In this document: one piece after another, positions 7,719 to 15,604 of the stretch
How the letters are laid out: every line of letters begins with the position of its first letter
Position numbering within the stretch: position 1 is the stretch's first letter
IMG/VR virus record: IMGVR_UViG_3300022752_000076
Location: 1-59,716 of that record
Reading direction: 5' to 3' (one strand)
Source: a virus
Taxonomy: Duplodnaviria > Caudoviricetes
DNA length: 59,716 nt
Position numbers and translations under genes: made by a program
The notes under the pieces: generated by a model
Told to the model about the DNA's origin: nothing
Seen by the model: the letters and a program-made list of their open reading frames with translations, nothing else
Database searches by the model: none

Positions 7719-7880
7719 ATGGAACAACAACAAACACTCTATGCAGTGCGAACAAAAATCTGTAATACTTGTAGTAGCTATAACAAGATTATGGATACCT
7801 GTCAGCAAACCGAAAAAATAGTTTCAATCTATAACAAACGAATAACTAATGGTTGCCCACTTAATCGTTGGCCACAATAA
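7719..7880 (+). CDS. small Cys-rich protein (DUF6171-like)
   Basis: R.KIC.TC......C...........K......CP..RW pattern. Confidence 0.6.
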   Translation: MEQQQTLYAVRTKICNTCSSYNKIMDTCQQTEKIVSIYNKRITNGCPLNRWPQ

Positions 7881-7882
7881 TA

Positions 7883-8899
7883 ATGCACACATTTGATATA
7901 CAACAACCACGCGTAGGTTTTGCTTGCAAGATTCAAACCGAGCATGACAAAGCCGATAAAAAATTAAATACAACTACTACAACACTAACATATCTTAACA
8001 AGCAAACTAAGGATAAAGCAGCAGAAAAAATCTGGACAATTATACACCACAACTGCGAAACACTGAAGCGACAGGTAGAGTGGGTTGGTAACCTGCCTAG
8101 GGATCAGCGTCAGTTTCGCATTAGCAGCGACCTATTTCCAGCTTATACACACGAAGACTGGATGTGGTTTTACTTTCAAAGTGATGTAGTTGCCTACCTA
8201 GAAAAACACCTAGGCAAAGTAGGCGATATTGCACGAGGCAAAGACGTACGCCTCAGTTTCCACCCTGGACAATTTTGTGTATTGGCAAGTGAAAATGATG
8301 GAATTGTTGATAACAGCATTGTTGAGTTTGAGTATCATACTGACATCGCCCGTTACATGGGCTATGGCCGTAAGTTTCAGGACTTTAAGTGTAATGTTCA
8401 TATTGGCGGCAAACGCGGGCCAGCTGGAATTATACAAGCGTGTAGTAAACTAAGTCCAGAAGCACGTAATATTATCACAATTGAAAATGCAGAATATACC
8501 TGGGGTCTAGAGCATAGTCTAGAACTCGTAGATCACTGTGCCCTAGTCCTAGACATACACCACCACTGGATATACAGCAAAGGAGAATACATTGAGCCTG
8601 ACGACAAGCGAATTAGACTGGTTAAAGATTCGTGGCGAGGTATTAGACCTGTTGTACACTATTCAGTATCCAGAGAAGATGTGCTTGTCGACCACACAGC
8701 AGACGAACTGCCCGACTACAAACTACTTACAAGCATGGGTTTTACGTCAGCTAAATTGCGAGCACATAGTGATTACTACTGGAACCACAGGGTAAATGAG
8801 TGGGCTGCTAGCCATAGTAGTTGGGCAGACATTATGTGCGAGAGTAAGCAGAAAAATCTTGCATCACGGGCATTTGTAAAATGGACGCAAAAATCCTAG
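7883..8899 (+). CDS. uvsE: UV damage endonuclease
   Basis: RVGFAC, FRISSDLFP, RLSFHPGQF, ITIEN, LVLDIHHH, HYS, RAHSD, MCESK.K motifs. Confidence 0.95.
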   Translation: MHTFDIQQPRVGFACKIQTEHDKADKKLNTTTTTLTYLNKQTKDKAAEKIWTIIHHNCETLKRQVEWVGNLPRDQRQFRISSDLFPAYTHEDWMWFYFQSDVVAYLEKHLGKVGDIARGKDVRLSFHPGQFCVLASENDGIVDNSIVEFEYHTDIARYMGYGRKFQDFKCNVHIGGKRGPAGIIQACSKLSPEARNIITIENAEYTWGLEHSLELVDHCALVLDIHHHWIYSKGEYIEPDDKRIRLVKDSWRGIRPVVHYSVSREDVLVDHTADELPDYKLLTSMGFTSAKLRAHSDYYWNHRVNEWAASHSSWADIMCESKQKNLASRAFVKWTQKS

Positions 8900-9039
8900 A
8901 AAGAATTTGTTACTATCTTGCCGAGAATATGTTATTACGACAAGATAGATTATACGAATTAGTTGAAAATGACATTGGTTGTACTAAAGAAGAATTTGAT
9001 TTAGTATTTCAACAAGTAGTACAGGCCTACACTAAGTAG
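8881..9039 (+). CDS. hypothetical protein (52 aa)
   Basis: Hand-translated MDAKILERICYYLAENMLL...; fills gap after uvsE. Confidence 0.55.
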   Translation: MDAKILERICYYLAENMLLRQDRLYELVENDIGCTKEEFDLVFQQVVQAYTK

Positions 9040-9040
9040 G

Positions 9041-9229
9041 CCGTATTGTGGTGCTCTTTGCTCGTAGCCGGATGAACCGGAACATTGCAGAGTCTGTTGT
9101 TAGCGAAGACCGGAATAGTAGCTAGTAATCGTGTCTGACCCTAAAGTATAGCAAACCGTCATGAAGTTATGTAAGTTTAGGGCACGGGCTTAGCGGCCTA
9201 GGTAGTAAACAGAGGGTACCACAATATGG
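9041..9229 (+). ncRNA. unassigned ~190-nt structured RNA
   Basis: 20-bp terminal helix (9041-9060/9210-9229) whose four non-WC positions are all G-U on the + strand; internal hairpins and a long interrupted stem 9121-9194. Confidence 0.75.
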
Positions 9230-9238
9230 AGGATTGAT

Positions 9239-9550
9239 ATGGACAGAATCTATGAACTAGAATTTTACAATACAATGATTAATGCTGTGCAAAAAGCCAA
9301 ACCTGGCACTGTAAAACGTGGAGATAGTGTTAGTTGGTCGTCAAGCGGTGGTACAGCTCGTGGTAAAATTACTAGAATAATTACCAGTGGTGAAGCAGAC
9401 ATACCTGGTAGTAGCTTTAAAATTACTGGCACACCTGAAGATCCTGGTGCGCTTATACGCGTCTATCAAAAGGATGGTGATGGCTATAAACCTAGCGATA
9501 CTATTGTTGGACATAAGGTTAAAACACTAACAAAAATAGATCCACTATAA
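9239..9550 (+). CDS. DUF2945/Hva1 Tudor-like protein
   Basis: KRGDSVSWSSSGGTARGKI...VGHK..TL. Confidence 0.7.
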   Translation: MDRIYELEFYNTMINAVQKAKPGTVKRGDSVSWSSSGGTARGKITRIITSGEADIPGSSFKITGTPEDPGALIRVYQKDGDGYKPSDTIVGHKVKTLTKIDPL

Positions 9551-9756
9551 TGCCTTGTTATAAATGTAGTAATGGTAAATATAAGTATGGCAAAGCAGGT
9601 AATTGCCAGTTTGATACACTAGGTGCTTGCAAAGAAGCTGAGCAAGCTATTCATGCTAGAGAAAATGCAAAAGGAACTGATATGGCTAAAAAACCTTATG
9701 ATAAAGAACCAATGAAGCCTGAAAAGAAACCAGACAAAAAGAAACCAAAGATGTAA
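9550..9756 (+). CDS. small basic hypothetical protein
   Basis: TAATG overlap; MPCYKC..GKYKYG..GNC; Lys-rich tail. Confidence 0.65.
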   Translation: MPCYKCSNGKYKYGKAGNCQFDTLGACKEAEQAIHARENAKGTDMAKKPYDKEPMKPEKKPDKKKPKM

Positions 9757-9805
9757 AAACTAGTAGCTAGTCTAGTTAAAACTAGCAACACACACGGAGG
9801 TAAAT

Positions 9806-9910
9806 ATGCCTAAACAAATATGCTATTGGTGCAAAAAGATATTTCATGCACTAGAGCAAAGTGGACAAGCCAGAGCACGCCGCTACATGAACTATAGGGG
9901 TTGGCAATGA
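9806..9910 (+). CDS. microprotein (34 aa)
   Basis: GGAGG SD; MPKQICYWCKKIFHALEQSGQARARRYMNYRGWQ. Confidence 0.6.
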   Translation: MPKQICYWCKKIFHALEQSGQARARRYMNYRGWQ

Positions 9911-10020
9911 ACTGGTGGGCAACATTTTGCCAAGCACTATGGGCAACCCAACTAACACGTAGCGGTCAGTGGCGTAAAGCTCAACGTTTAATGAACACAC
10001 AACACAAGGACAACCTATGA
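9907..10020 (+). CDS. microprotein (37 aa)
   Basis: ATGA overlaps at both ends; MNWWATFCQALWATQLTRSGQWRKAQRLMNTQHKDNL. Confidence 0.55.
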   Translation: MNWWATFCQALWATQLTRSGQWRKAQRLMNTQHKDNL

Positions 10021-10241
10021 ATCCATTTGAAATTCGCGCTCAATTGCTGGACATGAGCAAGCAGTACCTAGACAAGCAGTTTGAAATCAATACAGAATTT
10101 GCTCGCAAAGCATTTGACGAAGCACTAAAAAATGGCATTGCCGTACAGCAAAAGTACGAAGAATTTATGCCAAAAATGTATAGCTTTGAAGATGTTATTG
10201 AGCAGGCTAAAAAGCTGTATGGTTTCGTTAATAGTAAGTGA
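10017..10241 (+). CDS. conserved hypothetical protein (NPFEIR family)
   Basis: AAGGA SD; motif recalled from aquatic phages. Confidence 0.8.
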   Translation: MNPFEIRAQLLDMSKQYLDKQFEINTEFARKAFDEALKNGIAVQQKYEEFMPKMYSFEDVIEQAKKLYGFVNSK

Positions 10242-10383
10242 GCTTTGGCAGCGAGTACAGGAATATTTCAGCCAGCCTTATTCGCTACAAAAATTTATAG
10301 AAGATAACAACCCAAAGTCAATGGCTGACATAGAATACCTAGAGCGTGTTTGGTATCACCATACTGATCCACGCAGCTGGTAA
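10219..10383 (+). CDS. small protein, DUF3563-like (start uncertain)
   Basis: LQKFIEDNNPKSMADIEYLERVW resembles betaproteobacterial DUF3563. Confidence 0.5.
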   Translation: MVSLIVSELWQRVQEYFSQPYSLQKFIEDNNPKSMADIEYLERVWYHHTDPRSW

Positions 10384-10419
10384 GTGCCGTGCCGATAATA
10401 AAAATAAAAAGGGGCTACA

Positions 10420-10653
10420 ATGGCAGATATACATGAATTACGTGAAGAACTACTAGAGGAAGCAATGGAATACTTAGATTGCAAGTTTCGTACTCAAAAG
10501 AAATTTGCAATGCTTTACTTTGAGTATAAACTTAAACAAGGTATTCCTATAGACAACTATACAACTTTTATGCCAACAATATATACTCCGCAAGAAGCTA
10601 TAGACTTAGCTAAAGCTATGGAAACATATGTAGTTGGTGGTAACAGTAAGTAG
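10420..10653 (+). CDS. paralogue of 10017-10241
   Basis: ELREELLE.A.EYLD.KF...FMP.IY...E.I..AK....V aligns by eye with 10017-10241. Confidence 0.75.
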   Translation: MADIHELREELLEEAMEYLDCKFRTQKKFAMLYFEYKLKQGIPIDNYTTFMPTIYTPQEAIDLAKAMETYVVGGNSK

Positions 10654-10654
10654 C

Positions 10655-10690
10655 TGTTGCGGAGGCCTTAACCTCCGCAACAAAATTTTT
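10655..10690 (+). terminator. stem-loop, probable terminator
   Basis: TGTTGCGGAGG/CCTCCGCAACA followed by AAATTTTT. Confidence 0.65.
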
Positions 10691-10694
10691 ACAG

Positions 10695-10723
10695 TTGATT
10701 TATTTTCCTTTAGGGTGTATAAT
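10695..10723 (+). promoter_or_regulatory. sigma70 promoter
   Basis: TTGATT-17-TATAAT. Confidence 0.75.
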
Positions 10724-10750
10724 ATTATTTTACACAGTAAAGGAAAGCAA

Positions 10751-10966
10751 ATGGCTGTACAGCAACTACTTGACAACCTATACTTAACGCCAGCTCCCTG
10801 GCGAAAATGGATGCAAACCCGTGAAGAGATTATCGAAGATTGGAAGGCGGGTAAAGACTTTCGTATTCAATCTGGACCATATTGTAGTATTCGTGATATT
10901 GAATATTTACGTAGCAGCTATAATCGCGTATACATTATACACAGTCGTGGCAGTATTGAAGTCTAG
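10751..10966 (+). CDS. hypothetical protein (start MAVQQ)
   Basis: AAGGA SD; DWKAGKDF...GPYCSIRD motif. Confidence 0.75.
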   Translation: MAVQQLLDNLYLTPAPWRKWMQTREEIIEDWKAGKDFRIQSGPYCSIRDIEYLRSSYNRVYIIHSRGSIEV

Positions 10967-10969
10967 TTT

Positions 10970-11054
10970 GGGGATGTGGTGAAACAGGTAGACACAATTG
11001 ACTTAAAATCAATCGCTGAAAGGCGTACCGGTTCGACTCCGGTCTTCCCTACCA
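10970..11054 (+). tRNA. tRNA-Leu(UAA)
   Basis: ATTGA-CTTAAAA-TCAAT, long variable arm, TTCGACT, ACCA. Confidence 0.95.
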
Positions 11055-11063
11055 AGGAAAACT

Positions 11064-11255
11064 ATGAGAACTATTGAAGAAAAAGCAAATAGCATTTTAC
11101 GAGCACTATTAGGTAGTGATGAGCTAGTAGCACGTTGGTGGGCTAGTCCTAATCGTGCTTTTGATATGGAAACGCCAGACGATTTATGGCATACTAGCAG
11201 TGGGCGAACCAAGGTATATAATTACTTATTAGATCAAATGGAAGCTCCACACTAA
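11064..11255 (+). CDS. orphan Xre/MbcA/ParS antitoxin toxin-binding domain (DUF2384-like)
   Basis: LLGSDELVARWWASPNRAF.METP.DL..T..G..KV.NYL pattern. Confidence 0.75.
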   Translation: MRTIEEKANSILRALLGSDELVARWWASPNRAFDMETPDDLWHTSSGRTKVYNYLLDQMEAPH

Positions 11256-11292
11256 ATAAATATGGTTTATAATAAAAATAATAAGGAAAACC

Positions 11293-11514
11293 ATGAAGGA
11301 AAAATTTACACAAGAAATGGAGTGCTGTAGACTAAGCGTTCCACTGTTATTGCGACTGTTTGAGTTTATTAGAGAAGAAAAAACTAGTGATGAAGATCTA
11401 CACTTTATGGCTGAACGCATAAGCGAAATGGCAGAAGGTGGAGTGCGATTAACAATGAATCACTATGAAAGTATAATTCCTAAACAAAAAATGTTTGAAG
11501 CTACTATACAGTAG
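11293..11514 (+). CDS. hypothetical protein
   Basis: AAGGA SD; VPLLLRLFEF.RE....D.DLH motif. Confidence 0.75.
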   Translation: MKEKFTQEMECCRLSVPLLLRLFEFIREEKTSDEDLHFMAERISEMAEGGVRLTMNHYESIIPKQKMFEATIQ

Positions 11515-11589
11515 CTTTTACTGGCATGAGTTACCTGCCAGTAACACATGCCAAATCTCCATTATAATTATAAAAACAAGGAGTTTAAA

Positions 11590-12348
11590 ATGGCAGAAAG
11601 TATTACACCAGCTGGTATGATGATGAGTGGCGGCGACGGCCTATTTGGCGGTGGTGGCCTTATTGGTGGTCTTATCCTAGGATCACTACTGCGTAACAAC
11701 GGTAACCTATTTGGTAGTGATGGTGCTGGAGGTGGTGCAGTTCTGCGCAATCCACCCGAGCAAGATCAAGCCAACATGAGCCTAATGCAAAGTATTGGTC
11801 AAGTTGACAAAGCCGTTGCTGTTGGTACAGCCGCTATGGAAGCTAGCCAAGCAGCACAAAGCGCAGCTATTACAGCACAACTTAATAGTGTCACTAGTAG
11901 CCTAGCTGCTCGTACAGATAGTGTTAAAGAGGCTGTTAATGCCGGTACAATGGTACTCGCACAACAGTTAAATGGTCTACAGCAGCAAGTAATGGAAAAC
12001 CGCTATGAACTTAGCAAAGACATTACTAATGATGGCGACAAGACTCGTGCTCTTATCACACAACAGTATGAGGCGACCCTAAACCGTCAACTTACAGACG
12101 CTAACGCAGCTATTATTGCTCTGCAAGCTAAGCTAGACACAGGTGCAGCTACCCGTGGCGTTGAAGTTACCACAACCAATAACATCAACCAGATGCAACA
12201 ACAGCAACAGCAACAAGCACAGTGGGGACAGCTCTACAATGTGCTTTGGGGTCTTGCACAAAACATTCAAAGCACTAATAGTGCCATTAATGTTGGTAGT
12301 GGAACACAAACCGCTAACCCAGCAAACACAAACACAAATATTCGATAA
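11590..12348 (+). CDS. Gly-rich membrane-anchored, Gln-rich coiled-coil protein
   Basis: AAGGAG SD; GGLIGGLILGSLL hydrophobic segment, DGDKTRALI, poly-Q. Confidence 0.8.
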   Translation: MAESITPAGMMMSGGDGLFGGGGLIGGLILGSLLRNNGNLFGSDGAGGGAVLRNPPEQDQANMSLMQSIGQVDKAVAVGTAAMEASQAAQSAAITAQLNSVTSSLAARTDSVKEAVNAGTMVLAQQLNGLQQQVMENRYELSKDITNDGDKTRALITQQYEATLNRQLTDANAAIIALQAKLDTGAATRGVEVTTTNNINQMQQQQQQQAQWGQLYNVLWGLAQNIQSTNSAINVGSGTQTANPANTNTNIR

Positions 12349-12364
12349 CCTTTAATATTTGATT

Positions 12365-12391
12365 GCCTCCATAACCAAAAGTTATGGAGGC
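12365..12391 (+). terminator. intergenic stem-loop (terminator or stabiliser)
   Basis: GCCTCCATAAC/GTTATGGAGGC. Confidence 0.55.
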
Positions 12392-12408
12392 GCTTTATTG
12401 GAGGTTAT

Positions 12409-13047
12409 ATGTATCAGAATCAAATGTTTTTTCCACCGCCATGGTTCTTCAGTGCACCTCCACCAGTATTTGTACCGCAAGGTCAAACTGCAAACGATAA
12501 TGATGTTATAATTAATACAGGTGGTAGTGGGGAATCAGGGCCGCAGGGACCACAAGGTTCGCAGGGTAATATGGGCTTGCAGGGGCCACAAGGTAATAGT
12601 GGTACTCAAGGCGCACAAGGCAGCAGCGGTCAACAAGGGCCGCAGGGTACGCAAGGGCCGCAGGGCCAACAAGGACAAACAATTGTTGGTACACAAGGAC
12701 CACAAGGTGCGCAAGGTGCGCAAGGCAGTAATGGCTCTAGTACAGCTAGTTGTATACTACCTACTCGTATAATAAAAGAAACTTACTATGTTCAACCAGA
12801 TGATTGTTACATTGGAGTATTAAACGAAAAAAGCATAGAAATATATTTACCAGAAAATCCGCCTATAGGCAAAATGCTTATAATCAAAGCACAGCAAAAG
12901 CAGATTGGAAATAAGAAAATCTATATAGTAACACAAAATGGAGATAAGATTGACGACGGTGATGAGATCGTATTACAATCTCCATATGAATCTATAACAT
13001 TAATCTTCAACGACAGTTGGCATATAACAGGGCAGGCACAGGTGTAA
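12409..13047 (+). CDS. collagen-like (G-x-Q) repeat protein with fibre-type C-terminal domain
   Basis: GGAGG SD; GPQGPQGSQ... repeats; Pro-rich N-terminus. Confidence 0.8.
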   Translation: MYQNQMFFPPPWFFSAPPPVFVPQGQTANDNDVIINTGGSGESGPQGPQGSQGNMGLQGPQGNSGTQGAQGSSGQQGPQGTQGPQGQQGQTIVGTQGPQGAQGAQGSNGSSTASCILPTRIIKETYYVQPDDCYIGVLNEKSIEIYLPENPPIGKMLIIKAQQKQIGNKKIYIVTQNGDKIDDGDEIVLQSPYESITLIFNDSWHITGQAQV

Positions 13048-13048
13048 A

Positions 13049-13270
13049 ATGAGCAGTATAAAAGTATATCCACAAAATTGTAAGCAACATACCCAAGATT
13101 TTAACATTATAATGAGTGGGATAGATGATGTAGGAGCATCAGCCCTAGCACTAGCAAGTAATGGTGCTCAAGCTTATACTCAATTTATAGAATCTAGAGA
13201 AAACTTTATATTAATGGTTAAAGAAATATCTAGAAATTATAGATATGTAAAAGTTGAGGCCGACGAATAG
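13049..13270 (+). CDS. hypothetical protein
   Basis: ORF 1 nt after upstream stop. Confidence 0.7.
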   Translation: MSSIKVYPQNCKQHTQDFNIIMSGIDDVGASALALASNGAQAYTQFIESRENFILMVKEISRNYRYVKVEADE

Positions 13271-13328
13271 AGTTTTACTATAGCCACCTTAAATTAAGAT
13301 GGCTATACTAAAAAGCTATGAGAATAAA

Positions 13329-13799
13329 ATGAAACAGTTCAATATTAACGAAGTAAAAGAGTACATTAGACAAAGTAGTTATGAAAGCAAAATCTACTTG
13401 GGTGCAGACAGTGAGCGTACCCGTCATGAAAAAGTTTGGTGGGCTGACTACACAGTTGCCATTGTAGTGCATATTGATGGTAAACACGGTTGTAAGATAT
13501 TTGGTTATCATGTTCGTGAACGTGATTACGATCAAAAACGCAATAGGCCTAGTATTAGATTGATGACTGAAGTTTATAAAGTTAGTGAAATCTTTTTAGA
13601 GCTTAAAGATGTAATTGAGGATCGTCATGTAGAAATACACCTAGATCTTAATCCGCAAGAATGTTTTGCTAGTAATCAAGTAGTGCAACAAGCTATAGGA
13701 TATATTCGTGGTACTTGTAGCGTTGATGCAATGATTAAACCAGATGCTTTTGCTGCAAGCTATGCAGCTGACAGACTAAAATTTATACTAAACAGATGA
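13329..13799 (+). CDS. RNase H-like YkuK/DUF458 family protein
   Basis: KIYLGADSE, RLMTEV, EIHLDLN, IKPDAFAASYAAD. Confidence 0.85.
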   Translation: MKQFNINEVKEYIRQSSYESKIYLGADSERTRHEKVWWADYTVAIVVHIDGKHGCKIFGYHVRERDYDQKRNRPSIRLMTEVYKVSEIFLELKDVIEDRHVEIHLDLNPQECFASNQVVQQAIGYIRGTCSVDAMIKPDAFAASYAADRLKFILNR

Positions 13800-14011
13800 A
13801 ATACGACCGATTTGACCTAGAACAATTAATACTTAAAAACTGGGAAGTAGTTACGGAGATTAAACACTTACGTGAACACATGGAAACTAATCCAACCCAA
13901 GATCAGATTGAAAATTATTTACTTGGCCTAGAAACTATTTATGAAGTAAAATTTAATAAATTGTGGGATTGTTTTGAAGAACTTTGCCAACATCAAAAGA
14001 TCATTACTTAA
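13796..14011 (+). CDS. hypothetical protein
   Basis: DRFDLEQ.I...W...LLGL...YEVKF.KLW..FE motif. Confidence 0.75.
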   Translation: MKYDRFDLEQLILKNWEVVTEIKHLREHMETNPTQDQIENYLLGLETIYEVKFNKLWDCFEELCQHQKIIT

Positions 14012-14093
14012 TTTTTATAATCATCAACCATTTACTGTATTAGAAGCCGTTAGCCTAATATTCGTACTAGGCTATACAGGCTATTACATTATT

Positions 14094-14168
14094 GCTGAAT
14101 TAGCTCAGTGGTAGAGCAACCGCCTTGTAAGCGGTAGGTCATCAGTTCAAATCCGATATTCAGCACCA
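14094..14168 (+). tRNA. tRNA-Thr(UGU)
   Basis: GCTGAAT/ATTCAGC acceptor; ACCGC-CTTGTAA-GCGGT; ACCA. Confidence 0.95.
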
Positions 14169-14169
14169 A

Positions 14170-14496
14170 GTTATAGTTGTATGAAGCTAATAGAAAAGTA
14201 CTGCGGACGCGGGTTCGACTCCCGCCTGGTCCACCAGAAGTATATTGCACTTCACTGATAAGGAAGACTGGTCGGCTGTATTCAACTGGCTAGTGCAGTA
14301 TACTTCTGATGGGCCAGACATGGTTTCGACGGGGTAAAGAGTATTGTAGCAGACAACTCGGCAATGCAGAAGCTGTAGGGTTAGCACTAGCTAGCCGTAG
14401 ACGCAAACAAAATAAATGCCAACGATGAGGTATTTGCCTTAGCAGCATAAGCTAGGCTGGGGTTTAGGCGGTTGACCTTATTAGCCAACAACCGCC
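14170..14496 (+). ncRNA. ssrA: circularly permuted two-piece tmRNA; tag ANDEVFALAA
   Basis: Acceptor piece ends GGACGCGGGTTCGACTCCCGCCTGGTCCACCA (14236); spacer 14237-14310; coding piece starts GGGCCAG...TTCGAC (14311) giving G3-U70; tag ORF 14418-14450; 5' boundary approximate. Confidence 0.93.
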
Positions 14497-14520
14497 ACAC
14501 AACACAACCAAAGGATAAAT

Positions 14521-14730
14521 ATGGAACTAGAGTTTAAACATGCAGGTATGAGTGTTAGTTTTGAGTGTGATGGAGACGATCACTATGATCACGTTGATCT
14601 CCTACACAAGATCGCAGCTCTAGTTGAAGAGCTTGCCAGTCATACAGGCGTTAGTCTTGTAGTAATGAGCGACTATAAAGAATCAGATGAAGATGATAGT
14701 GAACAAGACGACAACAACTGGGAAGATTGA
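14521..14730 (+). CDS. small acidic hypothetical protein
   Basis: AAGGA SD; D/E-rich tail. Confidence 0.7.
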   Translation: MELEFKHAGMSVSFECDGDDHYDHVDLLHKIAALVEELASHTGVSLVVMSDYKESDEDDSEQDDNNWED

Positions 14731-14824
14731 TAAAATAGAGTTTATTAAATTAACCGACCCTAAACTGCTACTGCGTTGGTACTTGGATAAGTATAACTTT
14801 GTTAAAGTAGATTTAGTAAAAATC

Positions 14825-14899
14825 GCAGATGTAACTCAACGGTAGAGTGTCAGCCTTCCAAGCTGTTCGTTGCAGGTTCGAGTCCTGTCATCTGCTCCA
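14825..14899 (+). tRNA. tRNA-Gly(UCC)
   Basis: GCAGATG/CATCTGC acceptor; CAGC-CTTCCAA-GCTG; TCCA end. Confidence 0.93.
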
Positions 14900-14917
14900 C
14901 ACACCACAAGGACAACT

Positions 14918-15370
14918 ATGAGTGTAACAATTAAAAATTTAGAGAGTGCGCTAGCTGGTGAAAGCATGGCACACATCAAGTACCGATACTTTGCTAAAAT
15001 ATGTCGTGAAGCTGGTATGGAAGACGTTGCCCAACATTTTGAGCACACAGCAGACCAAGAAATCTTACATGCTTGGGGTCATCTTAAACTAATATATGGC
15101 GATTTAAATCCAATAACTTGCCTAGAGATGGCTATTGCAGGTGAAACCTACGAGTATACAGAAATGTATCCGCAGTTTGAGGCAATTGCTAGAGCCGAAA
15201 GGGATACCATTGCTCTTAACGAGTTTAGAAATCAAATACTAGAAAGCAGCCAACATGCTGAAGAATTTAAGCAACGATTAGCTAAAGCTGAAAAAGTATT
15301 TGCTGCACTTAAGCAAGTAGAAGAAAAGCATGCCAATCAATATAAGCAAGTACTAGCAAAGGTGGCATAA
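14918..15370 (+). CDS. rbr: rubrerythrin (ferritin-like di-iron domain)
   Basis: NLESALAGESMA..KY.YFA, QEILHA, GETYEYTEMYP, ESSQHA, VEEKHA. Confidence 0.93.
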   Translation: MSVTIKNLESALAGESMAHIKYRYFAKICREAGMEDVAQHFEHTADQEILHAWGHLKLIYGDLNPITCLEMAIAGETYEYTEMYPQFEAIARAERDTIALNEFRNQILESSQHAEEFKQRLAKAEKVFAALKQVEEKHANQYKQVLAKVA

Positions 15371-15519
15371 TGAGTAATGAAATTCACGTTTGTCCAGTAT
15401 GTGACTATGTTTATGAGAATGATCCTGACCGTACCGTACCCTTTGCAGAACTACCAGAAGATTACTTATGTCCGGCTTGTAGTGTAGAAAAAAGCTGGTT
15501 TGAAACACAATACACTTAA
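15370..15519 (+). CDS. rub: rubredoxin (49 aa; absent from the ORF track)
   Basis: HVCPVCDYVY...FAELPEDYLCPACSVEKSWF; TAATG overlap with rubrerythrin. Confidence 0.92.
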   Translation: MSNEIHVCPVCDYVYENDPDRTVPFAELPEDYLCPACSVEKSWFETQYT

Positions 15520-15598
<79 letters not shown>

Positions 15599-15604
15599 AA
15601 CACC

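Noticed and set aside
14237-14310. Hammerhead ribozyme in the tmRNA spacer (CTGATAAG)
   Set aside because: Lacks a proper CUGANGA plus GAAA core in the right stem arrangement
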